NCBI GenBank assembly: GCA_038087875.1
Contig: CM075997.1
Location: 5,704,001 to 5,768,000 of the forward strand
Length of the DNA stretch: 64,000 nucleotides
Reading direction: 5' to 3'
DNA from: Malacoraja senta
Taxonomy: Eukaryota
The notes under the pieces were generated by a model, which saw only the letters and a program-made list of their open reading frames with translations, searched no databases and was not told where the DNA came from. How positions within the stretch are numbered: position 1 is the first letter of the stretch; every line of letters starts with the position of its first letter. Both the position numbers and the translations under genes were made by a program. Shown here one piece after another: positions 36,131 to 48,625 of the stretch.

Positions 36131-37809
36131 GTATGTTTGTGTGTCTGTATTACTCTGATTTTGTTGCTGTGCCCTTGATTTAAACAATGTTAAATCCCTT
36201 TTCCAGGTAAATAGTCCTCAATGCATGAGCTCTAACATATTTCACTTGCATCATAAAGGCCCTGTTCATATCTTGCTCAAACATTGCACTTATGTTACCA
36301 TAATATGTTACTTTTCTCTAAATTATTGTTCTTTATGGTTTTGTTTTTCTCAATGAAGTAAAATCTTAGAATTGATCATTCAAGAAGTACAATTTCTTGA
36401 CATAGAGCCTTACTTTTTTGATCATAATTAGAACCACTAGGTTTTGTTCCGAATTTGTTCCTTTTTTTTTATACTCTCTCCATTTCACTATATTTATTAC
36501 TTCTACCACTGGCCAAACAGAGTGTGCGTTACTGAAATTGAGTGAAGGTGGGTCCAGCTGGTAATGCACCTCACCTGATCAGAACATGTTTTTTTTAATA
36601 GGGATTTGTTGTTTTATTTTTCTTGAGAAACTGAAAAACATTGCAAAGGAATGTTAAGTCAATGTTCAGAAATTCCCATAGCAAGAAGTTATTTTGCTTC
36701 ATATCTTTGAAGGAGATGTTTACATTATGTTGGAAAGCATATTGTGGTCTCTGATCAATCCAATAGTATGTATAGTATGTAATAGATTTCTATTTGTGTG
36801 CCTTTAGATCAACATATGACATTTGCATTCAATATACATCTGGATCTGACTTGGATGCTCATGTGTTAAATATTCAAAATTCACTTGCACTTGTCCAGCT
36901 GTATAAGGTCATATTATTTAAATGGTGTGTTCTGATTTTAGGAGGTATATTGTTGATTTCAAAAGCTATCTTATGGACACAATTTTCATTGTCCTCTTCA
37001 ACTTTTCCCCTCCTTTGCAGATCAACAACTTTCTGGTACCTCAACAAAAAAAACCCAATGAGCTATTTAGTCAAATTACATCTATCACATAGTGAAACAA
37101 ATAATGCAGGGGATGCTTCATAGTTAGCCAACTCAGGGATGACTATTTCTTCCTTTCTGCCTTTTTGCTTCTTGAATTGGGGGTCTTCAGATAAAGAAAA
37201 ACAATTCTTTTTACACAAACTCAGCTGTTGGCTAGGAGTACACAATATTATAAAAACAGAATATAGGAAAAATGTCCATACAGAAGGAGACGGATTATGC
37301 CAGTGTTGGCCGAAGGATCACTCAGTCTTTTCATTTGAGGTTTGGAAAAGTGAGGTAATAGTCTGTTCATTGAGATGTATGTTTTCTATATGATATACTG
37401 CAGTTCGGGATAACTTAGAAGAGCTTATGGCTACATGAGGGTCCTTCATCATTCCATAAGATCATCACTTGCCTTCATTTCCCTTCCCTAGAACTATTTC
37501 TCTTGACTTTTATTTGGCTCAAAAATCTATTCATCTCAGTTTAAAATTAAATGACTGAACATTTGCAATCCATTTTGGTAGAGAACAAATAACGTATTCT
37601 GTTATGACTCATTCTGTCTAACCCTCTCAGAATGACATAAATTGTGATGACTTTTAATGTTTGCTTTTCTGAGATCCAAAGAGTAAAGATCCATTCTATT
37701 TGAGTGCTCATTATGTGATTGCATCCAGGAAATTAAATTAAATTGATACTACCTCTCCTGCCAAACATCCATTTACCTGGTAATATGGAAGGAACGTTGT
37801 CCCTTTTTT

Positions 37810-40800
37810 CTAAAATAACTGTACAAAGCACTTAGTGAGGTCACATCTAGAATACAACAAACAGTTTTCATCCCTATCTTTAAGGAAAGTATATTTTCAT
37901 TGGAGGAGATGCAGAAAAGGTTCACCAGGGCGATTATAGAGATGAACATAGGACATAGAACAATAGAGCACAGGAACAGCCCTTTAGCCCTTGAGGTCTG
38001 TGGTGACCATGATGCTATCTTCAAGTAATCCCATATGCTTGTACAAGGCCCATATCCTTCCATTCTTGTGTTCGTGTATGTCAAAATACCTCTTAAACAT
38101 TGCTCTTGTATCTGCTTTTCCCACCCATGGCAGCATACTCCAGATATCTGCTACCCTCTTTAAATCAAAAATACTTGCCTCATTAACCTCCTTTCAAACT
38201 TTTCCACTATGCCCTCTATTATTTGACATTTACATCCCAGGAAAAAGTCTCTGACTATTGATGCTATCTATGCCCTTCATAGTTGTATATATTTCTATCT
38301 GGTTGCCCCCTAACCACCTCTAATCCAGTGAAAACAATTCCTCATAGCTGAATAATCTATAATAGGGGCAGCATCCTGGTTTACCTCTTTTGCGCCATTT
38401 CCTTCCTGTAATGCAGTAACCAGAACCCTGCACAATACTCCAAATCGGGCCTAACCAATGATATACATACCTGCAATGTGACTGCCAACCTATGTACCGT
38501 TATCAATGCCCTGATGGATGAAAGAAAGCATGCTGTACTTGTTCATTACAATCCTATCCACATGTGTTCCCATTTTCAGGGAGCTGTGGGCTTGCATCCC
38601 AAGATCCCTTTGTACGTCAATGCTCCTAATGGTCCTGACAATTAAAATGTAATTTCCTCTTATATTTGATCTCACACACTGATCCGGACAAACTCCGTCT
38701 TCCATTTCTCAGCCCAAATTTCATCCTGATCTACATCCTGCTTTTTCTTTTTGGCAACCTTCTTCACTATCCACAGTGCCACCAATTTTTGTGTCATCTG
38801 CAAACTTGCTAATCAAAGCATCTACATTTCTGTGACAGATCTCCACTCAATAAAATTTGCAGTCCATGACCTCCAGTCAAAATTCATCCACCACTACCGT
38901 CTGCTGCCTGCTATGTAGCAGACAATATTGAATCAAACCTACCAACTCTGTATGCATGCCATGTGGCTTATTCTTCTGGATCGGTCATCCAAGAAGGTCC
39001 TTATCAAATGATTTACTGAAGTTAGTGTAGAAAACAATCACTGCCTTACTCTCATCAATTACCACTGACCCACTCAAAAAAATCTTATATCAGGTTTGTG
39101 AGATAAGGCCTCCTTTGCACAAAACAATACGGCACAGGAACAGGCCCGAACAATGCTGTTTGGCACATGCATTGTAGGCAGGAGGCCCTGATCCTGTTGT
39201 ATGTTATATGTATATACTCTCTTGAGGTTTTCCTTAATCCTACTTGCCAAGGACATTTTGTGGCCCCTTTTGGCCCTCCTGATTCCTTGGAACATAGAAC
39301 AGCACAAGAACAGTGTATTTTGCCCACAATATCCATGCTGAACATACCATGAATCACTCTCCTCTACTTGCACATGATACATTTTTGTTCTATTCTGTGT
39401 GTATCCATGTGCCTATTCAAAAACCTCTTTAAATACCACTATCAAATCTGCCTCCATTACTACACCTGGCAGTGGGTTACAGGCACTCACCAGTTTCTGT
39501 TTTAAAAATAAGCTTGTCCTGCACATTTCCTTTAAACCTCCACCTTTCATCTTAAAGCTATGGTCTCTAGTCTTTGACATATCATAGGAAAAAGGTTCTA
39601 CCATATCCAGGCCTCTCATGATATAATTTACTTCTATAGGTCTCCTCTTGGCGTCAATCCATGAACATATTTGCTCAACCTTACAGCTAGTACCCTTTAT
39701 CCAGGCGGCATTCTTGTAAACCTCTTCTGCACCGTCTCCAAAGTCTCCACATATTTCCTGCAATAGGGCGACTGGAACTGCACACTGTGCTCCACATCGA
39801 GCCAAACATAAGTCCTATAAAGCTGCAACATGACTTCCTGACTTCTTTACTCAATGCCATGACCTAGGAAGGCAAGCATACCAAACGCTTTCTTAACCAC
39901 TCTATCTATTATTATTACCTCTTTCAGTCCAACACATTACACTTGCTCAGATTAAATTCCGATCTGCTATTATTCTGCCAGTTCTGTAGCATATATATTC
40001 CACTGTATGTTTTGACATCCTTCCTCACTGTCCAAAACTTCATCAAATTTGGTGTTGTCACATACACAAACTGAGGTTCCCGTTTTGATCCCTATGGAAC
40101 TAGTTCTGAATCCAAACAGTTCTGAATCCAACAACCAGCTCACCGTGGATCCCATGTATCTTAACCTTCTGGGTCACACTACCATGAGGTACTTTATAGA
40201 ATGCCCTACTAAACTAGTCACTTTAATTTAATGTTTCATGAATTTTGTGTTTTATGACTGTTGGCAGATCAATTTCCCTCCTAGGATAAATAAAGTTCTA
40301 TTGTATCATATCGTAAATTCCATGTAGAGAACATCCATGGGACCCTTATCGATCACCTTTGTTACTTCCACTGCTCAATCTAGTTCATAATACATGACAT
40401 CCTGCAGAGAAATCATGCTGACTGCCCCTAATTAGCCCATTCTCTTCCAAAAGATAGTGTATCCGATCCTGAAGAATCCTCTCCAACAGCTTCCCTACCA
40501 CTGTTATGGGGTTCATCGGCCTATAATTTCCTCTTTCATTTCTACTTCTCTCTTCTTCCAAAGGAACCACATTGGCTACTCTCCAGTTGTCCGGGATCTT
40601 GCTGGAAAAGATTCAAGGCCTCTGCAATTTCCTCTCCTATTAAACTTCTTTCCCTGCTTCCTTTATGTTCCTCAAGGGGCCTTCACCAGTTTCAGCTTCT
40701 TGAGCCTTGCGTTTTTCCTTTTTCTTAAACCAGCAACTCTTGTCAGCTAAGGTTCCTGAACCTTAGCATCCCTATCTTTCATCTTCATGGAAGCTTGTCT

Positions 40801-41460
40801 TCTATCACTCTCTCAGGCAGTGTATACTGCTTACTCACCACTCTGTGTGAAAAAGGTACCCCACAGATTCCCTCTAAATCTTTCACTTTTTTTATCACGA
40901 ATCTGTGTCCTCTAGTTTTATATACTCTGTCAGTATCAAGTGCTGAAGAGATTTTCCCATATCTATATCTTTCATCTGCTTTCACACAAATCATACCCGC
41001 AGCTTTCACATTCAAATCATTAATGTATGTTGGAAACAGTAAGGATCGTATCACTGATCTTTCTCAGATAATGCTGGTCACACTTTTCTACTCAGAAAAG
41101 CAACCCAAAAGCACTAGGTACACAATCAATTTTTGTACATTTGAATTTGCAGATGAAACGGTCATATCAGTTTTACGGAGGCTAACATGGAGTTACCCAA
41201 AATTATTAAGCACATGGACAGTGTAGATATTTGAAGATGTTTCTTCTCTGAAGGTTGAGTCTGAAATTGCTTTGTAGAGAGAAAGGGGGACAGAGCACTT
41301 GTATATTTAAGACGTGGATAGATTTCTAGTTATTGATGAAATTTAGGGTTGTGAGGGAAGAGCAAGAAAGTGGAATTGTGGATTGTCATATGAGCCATGA
41401 TCATATTGAAGAGCAGAACATTTGAGGTGCTGAATGTCCTGTTAATGCTTTTGGTCCTGC
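37810..41460. mobile_element. Cluster of old, fragmented CR1 pieces in both orientations
   Basis: Remnants such as DVQRDLGMQAHSSLK, GNYRPMNPITVVGKLLE and LLFPTYINDL. Confidence 0.7.
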
Positions 41461-42809
41461 CAAATGTACTTTCTGAATGATACTGGGTTGTTTAAGAGTA
41501 AAGCAATCACAACTGTAGTATTTTGACTATGAAAACCGTAGGAATAATTTATTATGAATTATCTGCATTAATACTTGAATCAAAATTGGCCAGAATCAAT
41601 GGTGTACCTAGTACGTATCTATATCAAATATCTCTTGTTTCAAATAGTAGATATTCAGCTTTTATGTTTGTCACCTTTCAGCCAGTTTCAATATCTGATT
41701 GGAAGGGAATGCTCTTTCGTGCAAGTCACCAAGCAGAAAATTCTAATCCCACATCTTACAGATCAAAAAATAAAATTATATTTCTTATCAGAAGCTTGAA
41801 TTCACCAAACCTATTTAAAGTATTAAATATCTTTCATGAAATGCATTTCTTTTGTTAACTTTACTTTCGTTCTTGTATTTTTAACCAAATTTCCGAAAAA
41901 AAATTCAATTTTAGAAAGCCAAAAGCATGATCACACCATATTTTCTTTACTAATCTCTCTTTTTAAATAAACTTGATTTTTCTTTCTTTTTTGCAGCAAT
42001 TTTGCACTTTTTCTTCTCTTACAGTCCAAATATAAAATGTTAAATTGTCACAATTTGACATTATATTTGGATGAACAGGGCCAATTTTCCTCCTGGTGTT
42101 ATAACCTTTGAGCAAGCCATAGTATGCACCATGTAAAAGCAGATGCTGGTGAAGTACATTTAAGTGCATTGAGCAATTCCATATCATTGCACTTTTCAGG
42201 CACTTTTCATGGAGTAAAATGTGATAAAGTAGAAATATGTGTAAACTGCACCGTATGAATCGTATCTGAACTTTACCTGGTGTGTACTCTAGATCTTCCC
42301 TGGATTTTTGTTGTGTGGTGCATTTATAACATTTTACCTGGTGCCTAAAGGGTTATTTAGCTAATACAATTACTAAAGTTAAAATAACATTAACTGAAGT
42401 GTGAAATGGTTGGTATTATCTTCTGATGACAATAATTGTAAAAAATGAGGTTTGCAATGTAAATAAGGTAAGTACTATGTTTTATCATGATTCACTATTT
42501 GCAATCAATATTACAAACTCTATTCTCAATTTTTGAAACTATTAGTTGTTAATATTGAAAACATGCAGTAAGTTATTTCTGTTTGATGTAAATTATCTGG
42601 TTTAAAAGAACATTGTGTTGGGGCAATAATAATATAGGTGATCATTCATTGAATTAAAGGAATAGATCATAAACTAGTTGTGTGTTTGTTAAGTCCAAAT
42701 ACAGAAATAGCATTACTAATTAGCATCCTTTTCAGAATGTTACAAAAGCTAATTTCACCTCTACTACTATGCAATGGAAAGTAATTGTGAGTTCCTATTG
42801 CAAAATATA

Positions 42810-44550
42810 TGGCAGATAGCATTAATCACAAGAGATTTTGGAAGCACATGAACGGAAAAAGGGTAACCAGAGAGAGAGAGAGTGGACCCCACAGGAATCA
42901 AAGTGGTCAACTTTGTGTGGGGCCACAGGTGACAGGTAAGGTCCGCAACGAGTATTTCTCCTCTGTTTTTACCGTGAAGAAAGACAGAAGGACAGAGAAA
43001 CTTGTAGTTGTCACTGGAAGTGTCTTGAGAGCAGTTAGTGCAGAGGTGCTGAAGGTCCTAACGCGTATAAAGATAGACAAATCATCAGACACGGGCCTGA
43101 TCAGATATATGTGAGGACACTGTGGGAAGTTAGAGAGAAAATTGCAGGTGCACTCGTGGAAATTTAAAAGGAGTCATTAAATACAGGCGACGTGCCGGAA
43201 TATTGGAGGGAGGCAAACGTTGTGCCTCTATTCAAGAAGAGCTGCAGGGAAAAGGCTGGGAACTACAGGCCACTGAGCTTAACATCTGTGGTCAGGAAGT
43301 TACTCAAGAGTATTTTGAGGGATGGCTATACATGCACTTGGAAGGAAAAGGGCTGATTAAGGATAGTCAACATGTTTTTATACGTGGGCAGGTCTTGTCT
43401 TACGAATCTGAGTTTTTTGAGGATGTGACCAAAAAGGTCGATGTAGGCAGAGCTGTAGTCGTTGTATACATGCATTTCAGTAAGGCATTCGACAAGGTTT
43501 TGCATGGTAGGCTGCTTTGGAAGGTTAGTTCCCATGGGATTCAAGGAGAGATGGCTGAATGGATGGAAAATTGGTGTGCCTCAGGGTTTAGTGCTGGACC
43601 CATTGCTATTTGTCATCTATGTCAATGATTTAGTTGAGAACATACATGGCATGGTTAGCAAGTTTACAGATGACACAAAAGTGGATGGTATTGTAGATAG
43701 TAAAGATGGGTGTCAAAAATTGCAGCAGGATCTTGATCGGTTGGGCATGTGGGCTGAGAAATGGTTGATGGAATTTAACACAGAGAAATGTGATTTTGGG
43801 AGCATTAACATGGGCAGAACCTACACAGTGAATGGTATGGCTGGGGAGTATTGTAGAGCAGCGGGATCCAGGAGTACGGGAACATAGTTTGTTAAAAGTG
43901 GCATCACAGGTAGACAGGGTGGTCAAAAAGGGTTTTGGCACATTGGCCTTCAGTCAGAGAGCATTGAATGTAGAAGTTGGGAGGTCATGTTACAGTTCTA
44001 TAGGATGTTGGTGAGGTGGCATTTAGAGTGTTGTGTTCAGTTTTGGGCACCATGTTATAGGAAAGATGTTGTTATGCTGGAAAGGGTGTAGAGACGATTT
44101 ACGAGGATGTTGCTGGGACTTTAGGGCCTGAGCTACAGGGAGAGGTTGAGAAGGCTAGGACTCTATTGCTTGGAGCGCAGGAGGATGAGGGGTAATCTTA
44201 TGTGAACTAAATCACGACATTAATAGATTGGGTAGATGCACAGAGTCTCTTGCCCAGAGTAAAGGAATTGAAAACCAGAGGACATAGGTTTAAGGTGAGG
44301 GGGGAAAGATTTAACCTGAGGGGTAACTTTTTCACACAAAGGGTGGTGGGTGTACGGAATGAGCTGCAGGAGGAGGTAGTTGAGGCAGGTACTATCACAA
44401 TGTTTAAGAAACATTTAGACAGCTACATGGATAGGACAGGTTTAGAGGGATATGGGCCAACGCAGGCAGGTGGGACTAGTGTAGATGGACATGTTGACTG
44501 GTGTGGGCAAGTTGGGCCGATGGGCCTGTTTCCACACTGTAGGACACTAT
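42810..44550 (+). mobile_element. Degenerate CR1 ORF2 3' half
   Basis: NEYFSSVFT, FSKAFDKV, GVPQGLVL...KFTDDTK and FFTQRVVGVRNEL fragments. Confidence 0.85.
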
Positions 44551-45954
44551 AACAACAACATTCTGGTGGATTTTAGGCTCAGGATCCTGTGCGCGGCAAT
44601 CTTTTATTTGGCATTTGCTGTTTTCAGGTCAAAGCTGAAGGAAAATGAGCAAGTTACATGTCTAATAATGCAGTTGTATGGTTGTGCTGAGAGAAGTCGA
44701 TGGATGATGGGAATGGACAGGAAGGTGTGTTAGCCATGGAAAATTAGGCCATCACATACTGGGTCATTCTAGTATGGAGAGAGGGATTGTGATTGACTGG
44801 TGCATTGCTGCAAGTTGTGAACTGGAGATTGGTAGGATGATCAATTTACAGATTAGTCTGGAGATTGATAGGCTGGAAAGGATCAAATTGGAAAATCATA
44901 GGACAATGATTGTGCTGGAGATTGTTGGGACTGATGAACGTTTCTCATCAGGCATCCAGAGAATTTGAAAGTAAAATTGTGGTCTTCATGCAACCTGCAA
45001 GAAGACCACAATTTTGCTTATTGGTTGGATTTATGAATTGTAGAACTCAAAATGTTGCAGTGTGAGATCCAGTTTTGCAGATGTTTTTCCTCTGGAGATA
45101 ATATTTCAAATAATATTCTGATGAATGGGGGTCATGGTGAGTCTGTGTGCTGTCCTTTCTGGTTGTAAAATCTGGATTTACTGACACCGCTAGATTCTCC
45201 CTCTTGACTATGAGAATACGTCTGACCAGTTGAAATCCTTTTCTTATATGAAGATCAGACAACATATTAATCTTTGCTCTTTGCCATGCTGAATTGTTGC
45301 TGTTCCATATGTTCAAATTATCATAAAATGATTCAGAAAATGTGTTTTATTTTGTTCAAACTTTTCGTGGGTTTTCTAGTCCGAGTTAGTTTAAGGATAC
45401 AATTTTGAGATGGAAAAGTCACTGAAAATGTGTTTCTGCCTTGAGCTGCACCTTTATTCAAATGACAGGTTTTGAATTAGTATTATATAGCGTTAGGCTT
45501 ATTTTAGGAAACATCTGTACTTGGGAGAATGTAGATTTGGTGACTGCTTTACAGTGTGGCCCTTAGCTTCCAGTCACCCGTCATTTTGGTACACCACCTC
45601 AACTGTGACGTCTCTGTCTTTGGCCTCCTATGTTATCTCGACGTAAGCTTGAGGAACAGTACCATATCTTGCTCATGGGTTTGTTGCAGCCCTTGGGATT
45701 TAATATCAAATTTAACAATTTCTGTTAACCAACTTTTTTCTCTCCATGAGTCCAGTTTCATTTTTTCCCCCTCTTATCTGTAGCTACTTAATGTAATTTT
45801 TTGGACATAATTGGTTTGCACCCTTATACAGACATTCCCTGTACTCACCATCCATCTCACTCTTTGCAACTTAAAACACCCTTGCTTGCTTAAATTTTCA
45901 GCTCTGAAGTATACTCTGCTTGAAGTAATTGATTCTGATTTGAAGCAATGATTA

Positions 45955-46590
45955 TGGACCCCGACATCTTTTCAGGTGAGGCCTCCTGTATATTGGCGAG
46001 ACCAAGTGCAGGCTCAGCGATCGTTTCGCTGAACACCTCCGCTCAGTCCGCCTGAAGCTACCTGATCTCCCAGTTGCTGCACATGTTAACTCCCCCTCCC
46101 ATTCCCACACTGCCTTTCTGTCCTGGGCCTCCTCCATTGTCAGAGTGAGGCCCAGCGCAAATTGGAGGAACACCACCTCATATTTCGCTTGGGCAGCTTA
46201 CACCCCAGCGGTATGAACATTGACCTCTCTAACTTCAAGTAACCTTTGCTTTCCCTTTCTCTCCAACCCTCCCCCTTCTCAGTTAACTGACCAGTCTTAC
46301 TGTCAGACTACATTTTATCTCTGTTTGCTTTGTTGTTACTTTCTCCCAGCTAGCAATGATATATTCTACATTTTCCTTGATCTCCATTCCTTTTACCCTG
46401 TTTTCACACCTTCACCCTTCCTTTTCTTTCTATCGCCCTCCCCCCTGACATCAGTCTGAAGAAGGGTCTCGACCCAAAACATCACCCATTCCTTCTCCCC
46501 AGAGATGCTGCCTGTCTCGCTAAGTTGCTTCAGAATTTTGTGTCCATCTTTGGTTTAAACCAGCATCTGCAGTTCCTTCATACACATTGA
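45955..46590 (+). mobile_element. Penelope-like element 3' end (GIY-YIG plus terminal repeat with decayed hammerhead)
   Basis: LLYIGETKCRLSDRFAEHLRSV...KLEEHHLIFRLGSLHPSGMNIDLSNFK; CTGAAGAAGGGTCTCGACCCAAAACATC at ~46456; a further older copy at ~46660-47000. Confidence 0.85.
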
Positions 46591-47639
46591 TTCTGTTTCT
46601 TTCTCCGTGGAGACTGCTTGACCTGACTATTTTCGTGTATAGCTGGTTATAGTTTGGATAGCATTAAACAAAGTTTGCAAAGGCCTAACTGGATTTCCTA
46701 GTTGCTAACCATTTTAACTACTCTTCCAATTCCTCTACTAATCATTCTGTCCTGGGCCTCCTCTGTTACCAGAGTGAGGCCACACACAAGGTATGAACTT
46801 TGAATTCTCCAATTTTAGGTAACTACATAACCCTCCCTCCATCCCTTCTTCCCACTGGTACCCCTCCTTCTTTCTCCCCATGCCCCACAATCTGTCTGAA
46901 GAATGGTCACGACACGAGACACCACCTGCTGCCTGACCCAGTGAGTTACTCCAGCTGAGTTTTTTTGTCAGCCAGCATCTGCAGATCCTTGTTTCCTAAT
47001 GTAAAACAAATGTTACTCAGTGAGGATACGATCATGAACGTCAAAGGCAAATTTGTGCCTGTTGGGCAGGTCACAGAGCACTTTCAAGTTTATAAGGATA
47101 TTTTTAATGATTAATTTTAAATGAAAATACTTCTCAGCTACTTTACACATCACCTCATAGCTTACCACCCTCAAAGGTATCTGAGTTCTTCCAACTCTGT
47201 GCTATTGCTCATAACTAAATATTATTTCTCTGCCAATGTTGATCACGTCATCAGCTGCCAAGTTGTTGGATTCCTTCCAAAAATGTCTCTACCATGCTAC
47301 TTCATGTATCTTTACTTGTAATACAGATGTCAATGGAAAGTAAAAATGAGTTACCTAAAGTTGGAGAATTTGATATTGAATTCTGAAAGCTGCAACATAC
47401 CCTGATGGAAGATGAGGCTTTGTTCTCAAGCTTGCTTTAGGCCTTATTGTAACAGTTCAGGCGGCCTGAGTGGGGTGGTGTACCAAGTAACCAAAAGATC
47501 AAGGAACCCTGTGGCCTGAAAGCTAATGCTTTGCAAAGTGACCAATTTGTGCTTGGCTTCTCCAGTGTAGAAGAGGCCGCATTATAACCATTGAATCTGC
47601 AACACCAATCTGGAAGAAGTACAAGAGAAACACTGCTTG

Positions 47640-48625
47640 GAATTCCGCAAGGGTTGGTGCTAGGGCCGTATCTCTTCACGTTGGATAGTAATGATTTGGA
47701 TAAGAGGATTGAAGGCTTTGTGGCCAAGTTTGCAGATGATGCTAAGAGAGATGGAGGGGCAGGCAGTGTAGAGGAAGCAAGGACTCTGCAGAAGGACTTG
47801 GACAGGTTAGGAGAGTGAGCAGAATAGTGGCAGATGAAATTCAGTATAGCAAAGTGAGGAGTCATGCATTGTGGTAATAAGAATAAAGGCATAGGTAATT
47901 TTCTAAATGGAGAGAGAAACCATATATTGGAGGTGCAAAGGGACTTTGCTGGTGCAGCACTCCCAAAAAGTTAATTTGCAAGTCAAATCAGTAGTAAGGA
48001 AGGCAAAACCAATGTTAGCATTTATATCAAATACTATAATATACATTTTACAAAACCAGAGATGTAATGCTGAGGCTCTATTAGGGGGTGGTCAGGCAGC
48101 ATTTGGAGTACTGTGAGCAAATTTGGGCCCCATAACTGAGGAAGGATGTGCTGGCTCTGGAGAGGGTCTAGAGGATGTTTACAAGAATGATCCCAGGAGC
48201 GAGTGGGTTAGCATATGATGAGCGTTTGACAGCACTGGGCCTCTACTCGCTGGAGTTTAGAAGATTGAGGGGGACCTATTTGAAACTTACAGAATAATGA
48301 AAGGCATAGATAGAGTGGATGTGGAAATAATGTTTCCACTGGTGGGAGAGTCTAGGACCAGAGGTCATAGCCTCAGAATTAAAGGGTGCTCTTTTAGAAA
48401 AGAGGTGAGGAGGAACTTCTTTAGTCAGAGGGTAGTTAATGTGTGGAACATTGCCACTGAGGGCTGCAGAGGCCGTCAATGGATATTTTCTAAGGCGGAG
48501 ATAGACAAATTGTTGATTAGAACGGGTGTCAAAGGTTTTAGGGAGAAGATAGGAAAATGGGAGATGAGCCATGATTGAATGGCGGAGTAGACTTGATGGG
48601 TCGAATGGCCAAATTCTACTCCTAC
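47640..48625 (+). mobile_element. Degenerate CR1 RT 3' fragment
   Basis: GIPQGLVLGP...KFADDAK and FFSQRVVNVWN remnants. Confidence 0.85.
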
